Part shown: one piece after another, positions 29,013 through 38,614 of the stretch | Numbering within the stretch: position 1 is the first letter of the stretch | How the letters are laid out: each line of letters begins with the position of its first letter | Assembly: GCA_048938855.1 (NCBI GenBank) | Contig: JBHLLT010000003.1 | Location: 96,001-160,000, forward strand | Reading direction: 5' to 3' | Length of the DNA: 64,000 bases | Source: Promethearchaeota archaeon | GTDB taxonomy: Archaea; Asgardarchaeota; Lokiarchaeia; Sigyniarchaeales; SOKP01 | Program-made: the position numbers and the translations under genes | The notes under the pieces: generated by a model | Told to the model about the DNA's origin: nothing | Databases searched by the model: none | The model's input: the letters and a program-made list of their open reading frames with translations, nothing else

Positions 29013-30299
29013 ATGCCTACTTGGTATGAATCGCAAATAATTAAAGATCTAATGCCTATTTTAGGTGCTAGAGCCGTAAGGGGTATAGAAACTAACTTTT
29101 TTTTGTCAAGAATATACACTGGCAAATCAGCTTTGCTTAAAGTAGCAAGATATTTAGAAGCTGTTATTCCTATGGAGGATAGAAGAGCTTTAATCATAAC
29201 TGATTCATTTACAAAAAAATTTGTTAAAAATGTTGAGAAGTTTCTTGAATTAATTAAGATGGATTACAAAATTTGGTCAGGTGTAGTTCCAGAGGTCCCT
29301 ATATCAACTATTCATGAGGCTGCGAAAGTTTGCGATGAATACAATCCAACCATTATAATTGCTATTGGAGGTGGAAGTGTTATGGATACTGCTAAAATGA
29401 CACTGGTGAAATATGAAAAACCTGGTCAAAATCTATTCATGATTTTACCCAGTATTGGTGCTCCTCTTGGATTGAGGAAGAAAATAAAATATTTAATAGC
29501 TATTCCAACCACAGCAGGAACAGGTTCTGAAGTTGCTACCGCCGCTTTAATTACCGATACCTCTAGGGATCCTCCGAAAAAGATAGAGGTTGTTCATGAA
29601 GAATTATTAGCGGATATCACAATATTGGATTCTGATTTTGTAAAAGATTTACCACCATTTTTGACAAAGGCAACTGGTTTAGATGCTTTAGCCCATGCAA
29701 TGGGATCATTTACAACTAATTGGGGTAATCCTTATTTTGATGCAGTAAATAAAACCACAATTCAAGAAATTATAAAATATTTACCAAGATCATATAAATT
29801 TGGGGCACGAGATATTGAAGCTCGAAGTCATATGCAAGTAGCGTCTACTTTAGCTGCTTTTGGTTCTTATGGAAATCAAGCTCCTGGAATAAATCATGCG
29901 CTAGGTCATAGTTTTGGAAAAATATTTAGTGTTCATCACGGAATATCTGTCAGTTTGTTTTTACCATATGGGATTGCTTTTAAGGCAAAAATCACAGATA
30001 GATGGATAGATCTGTGCCAATTATTTAATATTGAAACTCAAAATAAAAATCGAGATACTTTGTTAAAAGAGCTTATTATTTCTCTTAAAAATTTCATAAA
30101 ATCTGTAGATGGCCCTACATGTGTTAAAGATATTAACGAACCCCCTATTTCTAAAGAAGAATATTACGCAAAATTAGATAAACTTGTTGAATATGCTAAT
30201 AATGATGCCGTTACCTTAACTACTTATCGCCCTATAGATCCAGATCTTTATAGAAAGATATTCGAATATGCTTGGGATGGAAAAATGATAGATTTTTAA
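29013..30299 (+). CDS. Iron-containing alcohol dehydrogenase
   Basis: AIGGGSVMDTAK, IPTTAGTGSE, DALAH, HALGH, HHG metal ligands. Confidence 0.92.
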   Translation: MPTWYESQIIKDLMPILGARAVRGIETNFFLSRIYTGKSALLKVARYLEAVIPMEDRRALIITDSFTKKFVKNVEKFLELIKMDYKIWSGVVPEVPISTIHEAAKVCDEYNPTIIIAIGGGSVMDTAKMTLVKYEKPGQNLFMILPSIGAPLGLRKKIKYLIAIPTTAGTGSEVATAALITDTSRDPPKKIEVVHEELLADITILDSDFVKDLPPFLTKATGLDALAHAMGSFTTNWGNPYFDAVNKTTIQEIIKYLPRSYKFGARDIEARSHMQVASTLAAFGSYGNQAPGINHALGHSFGKIFSVHHGISVSLFLPYGIAFKAKITDRWIDLCQLFNIETQNKNRDTLLKELIISLKNFIKSVDGPTCVKDINEPPISKEEYYAKLDKLVEYANNDAVTLTTYRPIDPDLYRKIFEYAWDGKMIDF

Positions 30300-30321
30300 T
30301 TTAAAGATGTGAGATAATGAA

Positions 30322-32202
30322 ATGAATGAAGAATTTTATGGATACAATGGAAAGATAGCATTTATAGATCTAAATAATCAAACAGTTGAAATCAAAGACT
30401 TAGATTATGATGATGCAAAGAATTATCTTGGCGGTACAGGTTTGAGTGCTAAACTAACATATGATCTATTATCTAAAGAAGATTATGAAATATTAAAACA
30501 TGATCAATTTTATGAAAAAAATCCTTTAATATTTGCCACAGGACCAGTAACTGGAACAATTAGACCATCATCAGGAAGATATTCTGTTACTGGTATATCA
30601 CCTCTAACAGGAATTTGGGGAGAAGGAACATCGGGGGGATTTTTTTGCATTTCCTTAAGAAATTGTGGATTTGATGCTATAGTTATTATAGGAAAATCTA
30701 AAGATCCGGTATATTTATTTATTCACGACAAATTAATAGATTTTTTAGATGCTAGTAAATTATGGGGTAAAGATACTTACGAAACTCAATCTCTTATTAA
30801 AAATGAATTAGGTAATGAACGAATCAGGATTGCGACAATAGGTATTGGAGGAGAAAATCTTGTAAAATATGCTGGGATAATTAATGATGAAGGAAGAGCA
30901 ATTGGGCGATGTGGTTTAGGAGCATTAATGGGATCCAAGAAAATAAAGGCAATAGCTATTCATGGAACTGAAAGAATAAAAATTTTTGATACAGAAGTTG
31001 GAAAAACTTTAATCAAAGAAGATGAAGATTCAAAACGAGGAAATCTACTTGCGTCAACTACACCAATGTTATATACCCTTTACGGAACTAACTGTTATCT
31101 TGATATCGGAATGGCACTTGGAGATACTCCTGCATACTATTTCACAGAGACTGAATTTCCTGCAGAAAAGTTAACAGGAAAAACATTAAGAGAAAAATAT
31201 CCCGTCTTAGATTATGGGTGTGCTGGGTGTACAATGCGATGTGGGAAACAAACAATTATCCAAGATAATGGTAAAGAAATTAATGTTGATGGACCTGAAT
31301 ATGAAACCGTTGCCGCATTCGGTCCACTGTGCGGAGTGTTTGATTCCGGGGATGTTATTTTAGCAAATCATTTATCTAATATTTATGGGATTGATACGAT
31401 TTCAAGTGGTGTTTGCATTGCGTTTTTGATATATTTAGTTGAGAATAATATTAATCTACCAAAAATAAAAGGACACCTAGTAGACATCAGCCTCGACGAG
31501 ATAAAATGGGGTAATGGTAAATTAATTTTAAGTTTAATTGAGAAAATTTCAAATCGCCAAGGAATAGGGAATCTATTAGCTGAAGGAGTTCGAACAATGG
31601 CTAAAGATCTTAATGTTGACCCCGAGTTAGCTGCTCATATTAAGGGCTTAGAAGTACCTATGCATGACCCTAGAGCGTTTGCAGGACAAGCTTTAAGTTA
31701 TATGACATGTTGTGTAGGTGCAAATCATCAGAAATGCGATTGGTATAGTGTAGAAGTAACAACAGTTTCATTTCCAAGTTTAAGAGTAAAAATAGGTAAA
31801 GGAAGATCACAAATTAAAGGAAGAGAAAAAGGTGTAATTGCACTACAAGATATAAGAGCAATAGATGACTCAGCTGTGAACTGTGCTTTTATAAGTTTAA
31901 CTTTAGATCATATTATAGGACATATCAATGCCGTAACTAACTTTAACTATAATAAAAACTCATTACTTGAAGTTGGAGAACGTATTAACAATCTTAAGAG
32001 ATTAATTAATTGCAAATTAGGAATTACAAGAGAAGATGACAGAATTCCAGGAATTTTAAGACAAGAATTAGAATCAGGAAAAACTGTTCATGTAAAGTTA
32101 GAATTAGAAGATAATTTAAAAACTTATTACAAATACCGAGAATGGGATTGGAAGTCAGGTAAACCCACTGAAGAGAAATTAAAGAAACTTAATATCATTT
32201 AA
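30322..32202 (+). CDS. aor: Aldehyde:ferredoxin oxidoreductase (second AOR-family gene)
   Basis: SPLTG, GRCGLGALMGSKKIKAI, CAGCTMRC, GPEYET, GIDTIS, KGLEVPMHDPR. Confidence 0.92.
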   Translation: MNEEFYGYNGKIAFIDLNNQTVEIKDLDYDDAKNYLGGTGLSAKLTYDLLSKEDYEILKHDQFYEKNPLIFATGPVTGTIRPSSGRYSVTGISPLTGIWGEGTSGGFFCISLRNCGFDAIVIIGKSKDPVYLFIHDKLIDFLDASKLWGKDTYETQSLIKNELGNERIRIATIGIGGENLVKYAGIINDEGRAIGRCGLGALMGSKKIKAIAIHGTERIKIFDTEVGKTLIKEDEDSKRGNLLASTTPMLYTLYGTNCYLDIGMALGDTPAYYFTETEFPAEKLTGKTLREKYPVLDYGCAGCTMRCGKQTIIQDNGKEINVDGPEYETVAAFGPLCGVFDSGDVILANHLSNIYGIDTISSGVCIAFLIYLVENNINLPKIKGHLVDISLDEIKWGNGKLILSLIEKISNRQGIGNLLAEGVRTMAKDLNVDPELAAHIKGLEVPMHDPRAFAGQALSYMTCCVGANHQKCDWYSVEVTTVSFPSLRVKIGKGRSQIKGREKGVIALQDIRAIDDSAVNCAFISLTLDHIIGHINAVTNFNYNKNSLLEVGERINNLKRLINCKLGITREDDRIPGILRQELESGKTVHVKLELEDNLKTYYKYREWDWKSGKPTEEKLKKLNII

Positions 32203-32224
32203 ATATCCATTGACATTTTACAAT

Positions 32225-32686
32225 TTAGATTCTACCAGGGTAGGCTACTTTCTTAAAAGGCCAATCTTCACTAATCCATTTCCTTACAGTTTGGAATAGA
32301 ATATCATCCAATCCTTTGTCATATTCGCTCTGACGTACCCACATAGACACGGTTGCATCTAACTCGGTCTCTTCAGGAGGGCTTGGATTGATGTAAATGC
32401 AACCAAGAACCTTTGATTCATCCAAGGATATAACTGTATAAGCAAATGCCTTTCGATCGAGGAATTCTTGTTGATGCCTTTCTAGATCAGCAAGATTTTC
32501 TTCAATAGTAAATCCTTCTCTAGGCCAGGAACCGCCAAACATTTTATGAAGCAACTGCCTACTCTCAATGACTGCTTCATAATCCTTTTTGACATCATCT
32601 ACAGACAGCATTCGAAGACGAAACTGATCTGTCTCAAGTATTGCAGGAATTTCAAAATCGTCAGGTATGAAATGGTATGTAGAAAT
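32225..32686 (-). CDS. GNAT (RimJ/RimL-like) N-acetyltransferase
   Basis: DLERH..EF..R.AFAY, GCIYI, WVRQS and WPF...YPGR. The reading frame extends 25 codons upstream of ATG 32611 (FIPDDFEIPAILETDQFRLRML), so the start is probably ATT 32686. Confidence 0.8.
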   Translation of the reverse strand: MSTYHFIPDDFEIPAILETDQFRLRMLSVDDVKKDYEAVIESRQLLHKMFGGSWPREGFTIEENLADLERHQQEFLDRKAFAYTVISLDESKVLGCIYINPSPPEETELDATVSMWVRQSEYDKGLDDILFQTVRKWISEDWPFKKVAYPGRI

Positions 32687-32704
32687 TACTTTTTCACCAT
32701 TAAT

Positions 32705-33832
32705 TTAAATTTTTATCTCAATAATTAATTCTTCCTTATATCCAGTAATTACTTTTGTGAATCCTTTAAATTGATTATCAACCTCTAAACTCCCTGTATC
32801 GACTCTTAAACAGTTGAGATCTTTCATTTTCTGTTTAGTTGCTATAATTTTTATATTTTTTATACCTATCTTTTGAAGTATATCATAAGTAAATTGTTTA
32901 TTACCCCTCCCAAAAATAAAACCTTGACCACCTATTGGTGAAACAATAATTTCTCTATTAGTATATTTCGTCATCAGTTGAAGTATATCTTTCTCATTTA
33001 GATCTTTCCTAATTAATTCTTTATTATAGATTGCATCTATTCCAAGAAGAGTTTTGGGGATATTTAAATTATCAGTAATAGCCTTGATCGTAGTACCTGA
33101 ACCCAAGAAATATAAGATATTATCTTGCATATTCTCAATTATGAATTGAGCAATTTCCTGCTTATTTTCTTCAATTGTTCTCTCAAATCCAGAACCTGTT
33201 TTTCCTGATTGTATTAAATGGATGACTTTTGGTACTTTCAAATATCCATACAATTTTGCTTGTAAGATGTCTTGACGGACTAAATCTTCATCAATATCAA
33301 GGACTTCCTTTTCTTGAGTTTCAATTTCTTCATCCACAAATTTATCAACAATTTCAGCTGCAGCTCGAGGATTAATAGCAAAAACAGAGCTAAACATTTT
33401 CACTCCTGCTGGTAAGGCAACTATTGGCATTTCAAGCCCCACTGAATCAAAGATGTCTCGTGCCGTTCCGTCACCTCCACAAAAAATTAAAAGATCAATA
33501 CCCTCCCTTATCATTTGTTTTGCAATTTTTTTTGTATCTTCTTTTGTAGTTTGTTTACCGATTTCACCTATAATTTTAAATTCTATGCCAAGATCTTTTA
33601 CAATATTTGCTCCCATCTTACCTGGAGCAACTAATAGAATAATTTTATGTTTATTTTTCATAGTTGATAATAATTCACTTGCTCTAAGAGGAGTTATTGG
33701 AGTTGCTCCCATCTCTATAGCTTTTTTGTAGATATCACCATCTGTTCCTTTAAGTCCCACACTACCCCCCATTCCTGCAACCGGATTTATAATTAAACCG
33801 ATTTTTTTTATGGGATTATTATGCTTCTTCAC
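32705..33832 (-). CDS. ATP-NAD kinase-related protein (NAD kinase / diacylglycerol kinase-like fold)
   Basis: IINPVAGMGGSVGLKGTDG, FCGGDGTARD, PAGVKMFSSVFA, SPIGGQGFIFGRGN. Confidence 0.85.
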   Translation of the reverse strand: MKKHNNPIKKIGLIINPVAGMGGSVGLKGTDGDIYKKAIEMGATPITPLRASELLSTMKNKHKIILLVAPGKMGANIVKDLGIEFKIIGEIGKQTTKEDTKKIAKQMIREGIDLLIFCGGDGTARDIFDSVGLEMPIVALPAGVKMFSSVFAINPRAAAEIVDKFVDEEIETQEKEVLDIDEDLVRQDILQAKLYGYLKVPKVIHLIQSGKTGSGFERTIEENKQEIAQFIIENMQDNILYFLGSGTTIKAITDNLNIPKTLLGIDAIYNKELIRKDLNEKDILQLMTKYTNREIIVSPIGGQGFIFGRGNKQFTYDILQKIGIKNIKIIATKQKMKDLNCLRVDTGSLEVDNQFKGFTKVITGYKEELIIEIKI

Positions 33833-33951
33833 TTTTTGGAATCATTCCTTAAAGTCTAACTTTAACTCAATTAAATAGAAGTTTTAATATTCTTTAAAAT
33901 ATTTTTTTTTTGGATAATTAAATCTTTAAATTTAATTAATTTATAACACTC

Positions 33952-34578
33952 ATGGAATATTGGAATGACAGATATTCTGATGGCGGAAAAATCTGGGGTA
34001 CTGAACCTAGTAAAACAGCAAAATATGCACTTAAATTATTTAATAATTACGATATTAGAAATTTATTAATTCCTGGTTCTGGTTATGGGCGACATACAAA
34101 ATATTTTTCCGAAAATAATTATAATGTGACTGGAATTGAGATTTCTGCAACCGGAATTAACATTGCTAAAGAATTTGATGGGAAATCTAAGTATATCTTA
34201 GGTTCAGTATTAGATATGCCATTTAATGACGTAAAATTTGATGCAATATTTTGCTATAATGTTTTGCATTTATTACTTAAAAATGAAAGAACGTTATTCA
34301 TAAAAAAGTGTTATAACCAACTTGATTACAAAGGATTTGCGTTTTTTGCTGTGTTTTCAAATGAAGAACAAAGTTTTGGTAGAGGAAAAAAGATTGAAGA
34401 AAACACTTTTGAAAGTAAACCATATCGACCTACCCATTATTATACAGAACAAGATTTATTGGATGAGTTCAATTATTTTTCAGTTATTGATACCGGGATA
34501 ATAGAAGAGAACGAAAACCATGGCGAACTAGGACCTCATACTCACAAATTAAGATATATTTTTACTAAAAAAAATTGA
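33952..34578 (+). CDS. Class I SAM-dependent methyltransferase
   Basis: YWNDRY..G..IWG.EPS, LIPGSGYGRH, GIEIS, FDAIFCYNVLH. Confidence 0.88.
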   Translation: MEYWNDRYSDGGKIWGTEPSKTAKYALKLFNNYDIRNLLIPGSGYGRHTKYFSENNYNVTGIEISATGINIAKEFDGKSKYILGSVLDMPFNDVKFDAIFCYNVLHLLLKNERTLFIKKCYNQLDYKGFAFFAVFSNEEQSFGRGKKIEENTFESKPYRPTHYYTEQDLLDEFNYFSVIDTGIIEENENHGELGPHTHKLRYIFTKKN

Positions 34579-34594
34579 AAAAAAATTAGACTTT

Positions 34595-35740
34595 TTATGC
34601 CTTAATTATAGGATACTTGCCAAAATTGTTAATTGTTTTAAGTATTATAGGCACAAATTTTAACATATGCTGAAATGATGGAAAACCTTCTGAAATGCCC
34701 ATTAAGAAGTTATCTCCTGGAGCAGCATCATATAACATTTCAATTGTTTTAGCTTTAACGGCTTTTTGACCTTGCATGCTAAGGGGTTCAGGAAAATTTG
34801 CCCAAATTACTTTATCACTCCATAATTTCTTTGCTTCAGTTATAGTCAAATCACCAACCGGAGGATGAGTAAAGCTTTCTATCACATCTATCCGTGATCT
34901 AGCAATAAGCTCTGCAAGATGTTTCAATGTGCCGTCCATGTGAACAATATAAATTTTATCATGTTTATGAAGAATATCAGATACCTCATTATAGAATGGT
35001 AAATTATATTTTTCAAATAGTTTTGGACTAGTAATAAGGCTGGTCACATTATCCGGTGCCCAAATGACTTCTGCCGGAGATTCAGCCGCGATTTTATATA
35101 TCTCAAGCTGTTTTTTATATATCGCTCTATAAAGGTCATCAAATTCTTTTTGATGCATAAAATAATCTAAAGATAATTTTTTAGGTCCCATAAGCATTAT
35201 AAGTGATTGTAATGGCGATTTTGGCATCATACTATCAACAACTCCATAATTACCCATTATCATTTGTAATTCTCTTATCTCATCATAGAATGGTGTATAT
35301 TCTGCATCTTCTATTAGATATTTGATAACTTCATAATCATTAAAATCTTTAATAATATACCCATCTTCTTGAAACCAAGGAAGCTGTTCTGAAAAATCTA
35401 ATCCCTTAACACTAGCTTTAAACGTAGTTTCCCCTGAAGGTGTCTGAAATTTACCCAAGATATCGTGAGGTGCTTGCATTGCTATAAGAACATCTGCAGG
35501 AGACCAAGAAGTATGGTGACCATATTGATGAATGATATCCATGTTCACATGTGGACAAGTTACTTTATGGGTTTGAGTAACCAAGGGTGCATGGAGGCAT
35601 AATCCTTTATCTAATAGCCTTCGCCATGGTTCATACACCGCTAATCCTGCTAACTGAAGGGTTTCAAAATAAATTGAGAAAGGGATTACATCCGGCTCTT
35701 CTCTCCTAAGTACTGTTAACACTCTCTCTTTGGCATTCAT
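34595..35740 (-). CDS. Uroporphyrinogen decarboxylase / MtaA-like (methylcobamide methyltransferase) family protein
   Basis: MNAKERVL...EPD.IP, ITSPKLFEKYNLPFY, HMDG. ATG 35740 overlaps the corrinoid gene stop (ATGA). Confidence 0.8.
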   Translation of the reverse strand: MNAKERVLTVLRREEPDVIPFSIYFETLQLAGLAVYEPWRRLLDKGLCLHAPLVTQTHKVTCPHVNMDIIHQYGHHTSWSPADVLIAMQAPHDILGKFQTPSGETTFKASVKGLDFSEQLPWFQEDGYIIKDFNDYEVIKYLIEDAEYTPFYDEIRELQMIMGNYGVVDSMMPKSPLQSLIMLMGPKKLSLDYFMHQKEFDDLYRAIYKKQLEIYKIAAESPAEVIWAPDNVTSLITSPKLFEKYNLPFYNEVSDILHKHDKIYIVHMDGTLKHLAELIARSRIDVIESFTHPPVGDLTITEAKKLWSDKVIWANFPEPLSMQGQKAVKAKTIEMLYDAAPGDNFLMGISEGFPSFQHMLKFVPIILKTINNFGKYPIIKA

Positions 35741-36384
35741 GCTCCAACCCACCTCTTACATTTTTTAACTCCATCAATGACGTTAATGGCGAGAGCATCA
35801 GCACCTATATCTTCAATAAATTCTTTTGTTATAGGAGCTCCACCTACAATTACTTTAATTTGATTCCTAAGATTAGCATTTTCAAGTGCCTTTAGTGTAT
35901 TACTTACCTCCGGCATTGTTAATGTAATCAATGTGGAAATAGCTAGAATGTCTGGTTTTTCATTTCTTACTGTATCTACAAATTGCTCAGGTGAAACATC
36001 GACGCCTAAATCTATAACTTCAAATCCTTCTGCCTCCAGAAAGAAAGATACAATATTTTTACCAATATCGTGCATATCACTTTTAGCTGTACCAATAACA
36101 ATTTTACCAAGCATTTTTTGATTCCCAGAACCTTTAATATGAGGTTCCAAAATTTTCATAGCTTTTTTAACGATTTCAGCAGCCATAAAAAGCTCAGGTA
36201 GAAAAAATTCTTCGTTTTCAAATTTATCACCTATAATTTTTAGAGCTTTGGCAATCGCAGCTTCGATAAAATCATAAGGATCTATTCCTTCATTAATAGC
36301 TTTCTTAGTTGATTCCTTGGCAGCTTTAATATCCATATTAACTGCTGCATTGATAAAATCCTCTGCAATTTCCTCTTTTGTCAT
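35737..36384 (-). CDS. Corrinoid methyl-carrier protein (MtbC/MttC-like)
   Basis: B12 cap domain (IGDKFENEEFFLPELF), DMHDIGKNIV (DxHxxG), VIDLGVDV, VIVGGAP. Confidence 0.93.
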   Translation of the reverse strand: MTKEEIAEDFINAAVNMDIKAAKESTKKAINEGIDPYDFIEAAIAKALKIIGDKFENEEFFLPELFMAAEIVKKAMKILEPHIKGSGNQKMLGKIVIGTAKSDMHDIGKNIVSFFLEAEGFEVIDLGVDVSPEQFVDTVRNEKPDILAISTLITLTMPEVSNTLKALENANLRNQIKVIVGGAPITKEFIEDIGADALAINVIDGVKKCKRWVGA

Positions 36385-36456
36385 TATCTTTATCCAATTA
36401 TCCTAATTAAACTATATTAATAAATTGGCTTTTGGTGTATTTAATCATATCTCTTC

Positions 36457-37314
36457 TTAAAGTTTATTTTTTACCAGTTTTTTCCTTGCTTTTTTGTAAC
36501 TACTGTCCATAAACCATCTTACAAGTTTAGGAAAAATTCTATGAATATATCTTATAGATTTTGCATTACCTGGAGATATGTGAAATTGTTTTTTCAAAAG
36601 TTTTTTAATAACATATTCTGAGATTTCTTCAGGTTCTAAAAGCCCTCCTGTTTCGGACATCATAGCACATTCAGGTGGTTTTCCTTCATTTTCTGTACTA
36701 AGCCCTGGTGTATTAGTGTCTGGTGGATAGACTATTGATATTCTTATATTAAGCGGTTTTAATTCATTTCGTAAAGATTCTGCAAGCCCTACAATTGCAA
36801 ATTTAGTTGGTACATAAGCTCCATATCCCATCATACCCATATATCCTAACATTGAAGAAAAAAAGATGATATGTCCCTTTTTTTCTTTCATAAATTCTGG
36901 GAGTAATATGAGAGTAGGAACTAATTGTCCATAATAATTTGTATCCATATTATTCTGGAAATCATCTATTGTATAATCTTCAATATAACCAGGAATAGCT
37001 CGCCCTACTAGATTAAACAAATAGTCTGGTACGCCATGATTTTTGATAGAATCTTCCAATATTGGTTTTAAAATCTCCATATCAGTGGCATCACACGATT
37101 TAGATACTACAAATTGAGATTCATTTACTATTTTTTGTTGAATCTCACTTGCAGCTTCTTCTAAAATGTTCTTACGTCTAGCAATTATTAAAACACTACC
37201 ACCAAGATTTACAAAATCTTTTGCGATTGCTCTTCCCATTCCAGTGGAAGCTCCAATTAGGAATGCAACTTTACCCTTAAAAGGCTGTTTTTTTATTAAT
37301 TTTTCTTTTACCAT
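36457..37314 (-). CDS. Short-chain dehydrogenase, 3-ketodihydrosphingosine reductase (KDSR)-like subfamily
   Basis: GASTGMG, IARR, SSMLG..G..GYGAYVPTKFA..GLAESLRNEL and YPPDTNTPG...EN..KP. Confidence 0.8.
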   Translation of the reverse strand: MVKEKLIKKQPFKGKVAFLIGASTGMGRAIAKDFVNLGGSVLIIARRKNILEEAASEIQQKIVNESQFVVSKSCDATDMEILKPILEDSIKNHGVPDYLFNLVGRAIPGYIEDYTIDDFQNNMDTNYYGQLVPTLILLPEFMKEKKGHIIFFSSMLGYMGMMGYGAYVPTKFAIVGLAESLRNELKPLNIRISIVYPPDTNTPGLSTENEGKPPECAMMSETGGLLEPEEISEYVIKKLLKKQFHISPGNAKSIRYIHRIFPKLVRWFMDSSYKKARKKLVKNKL

Positions 37315-37337
37315 CCTATATCAACTCATTTCTTTTA

Positions 37338-37745
37338 TTATATCCCTAGTCCAAATGCCCCATACAATATGAAAATCGGAGCAAATATTAAAGTTAGCAC
37401 AACCACACCTATGTTTACAATAGCATCGAAACCATGCTTTTCTCTGTTAAATTTATTATTTTGTATATTAAAAGCTAAATCAATAATTCCCAAAAACATC
37501 ATTCCACTCCCTGCTAACGCCGAAAAGAAAAACCCATAATTTTGTTCAAATAATACACCAATAGCAGCTACAATTAGAGTTGGTACTATCCAACCTAAAT
37601 CTGGAAAAGGGAAGGATAATTCATGTTTCCGCTCAACTTCTGACATCTTAGGCTTTTTATATTCTGTGAAATAAAAAACAGTCCAATATCCTATGAAAAG
37701 CAATATCCATATCATTTGAAATATCCCTATTATTATATTTAACAT
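37338..37745 (-). CDS. Hypothetical membrane protein (about 4 TM)
   Basis: Four hydrophobic segments, a HELSFPFPD motif, and a GAGGTGA ribosome-binding site. Confidence 0.75.
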   Translation of the reverse strand: MLNIIIGIFQMIWILLFIGYWTVFYFTEYKKPKMSEVERKHELSFPFPDLGWIVPTLIVAAIGVLFEQNYGFFFSALAGSGMMFLGIIDLAFNIQNNKFNREKHGFDAIVNIGVVVLTLIFAPIFILYGAFGLGI

Positions 37746-37769
37746 TTTTTTTCACCTCTTTTTGATTTT

Positions 37770-38588
37770 TTATATATTTGATTTAAAATAATATGCTGGT
37801 ACACCAACTTCAGCAATCCCACCATCTACAATGAAGTTATGACCTGTTATGAAATTTGATGCTGGAGACGCTATAAAAACAGAAACATTGACAACATCAT
37901 CTACAGTACCATATCTATTCAAGGGTGTTTTTACATGACCTTCATCCATTGTCACTTTCATTGCTTCTAAATTGTTCCTATATGCGCCTGTTAAATGATA
38001 TCCTGGCGAAATTGCATTCACAGTTATTCTTGGAGCAAGACTCTGAGCTAGAATTTGCATCATAGCGATAACTCCTGCTTTACTTATTGAATAATCAGGG
38101 ATTCCTGGATCTACTCTTACTCCTGCAATTGATGCTGTATGAATAATTTTTCCTGCTAATGGCTCAAAGGTTTGCTTTTTCATCTTTTTAGCAATTTCTT
38201 TTGCAACTACCCATTGCCCTTTTAAATTCAGCGCGATTGTTTTATCAAAAAGTTCCTCTTTCACTCTTAATGGATCTTTATAGAATCCAAATCCTGCACC
38301 TGCATTATTATTTAAGATATAAATATTATCTAATTCATTGAAAGCTTGTTTTGCCATATTTTGAACTTGACTTGAATCTGACACATCACATATAATTGGA
38401 ATCACATTTTGTCTAGTTTCTTTCTCTATTTTTTTACAAGTCTCTTCTAATAATTCCTCATTAATATCAACTAATACTAAATCAGCCCCTCTTTGCGCAT
38501 AAGCAAATCCAAATCCTCTTCCAAAACCAGAAGCTCCCCCCGTGATTAAAGCTCCCTTTCCTTCCAAAAATTTTTCATTCAAACCCAT
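37770..38588 (-). CDS. Short-chain dehydrogenase/reductase (FabG-like, probably NAD-dependent)
   Basis: TGGASGFG, LVDIN, NNAG, YSISK, PLNRYG, VDGG. Confidence 0.9.
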   Translation of the reverse strand: MGLNEKFLEGKGALITGGASGFGRGFGFAYAQRGADLVLVDINEELLEETCKKIEKETRQNVIPIICDVSDSSQVQNMAKQAFNELDNIYILNNNAGAGFGFYKDPLRVKEELFDKTIALNLKGQWVVAKEIAKKMKKQTFEPLAGKIIHTASIAGVRVDPGIPDYSISKAGVIAMMQILAQSLAPRITVNAISPGYHLTGAYRNNLEAMKVTMDEGHVKTPLNRYGTVDDVVNVSVFIASPASNFITGHNFIVDGGIAEVGVPAYYFKSNI

Positions 38589-38614
38589 ATAATTTCACAA
38601 TTTAATTTTTTTAA

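Noticed and set aside
34595-36384. Pyrrolysine-dependent methylamine methyltransferase system
   Set aside because: No MtmB, MtbB or MttB gene, no in-frame TAG candidate, and no pyl genes.
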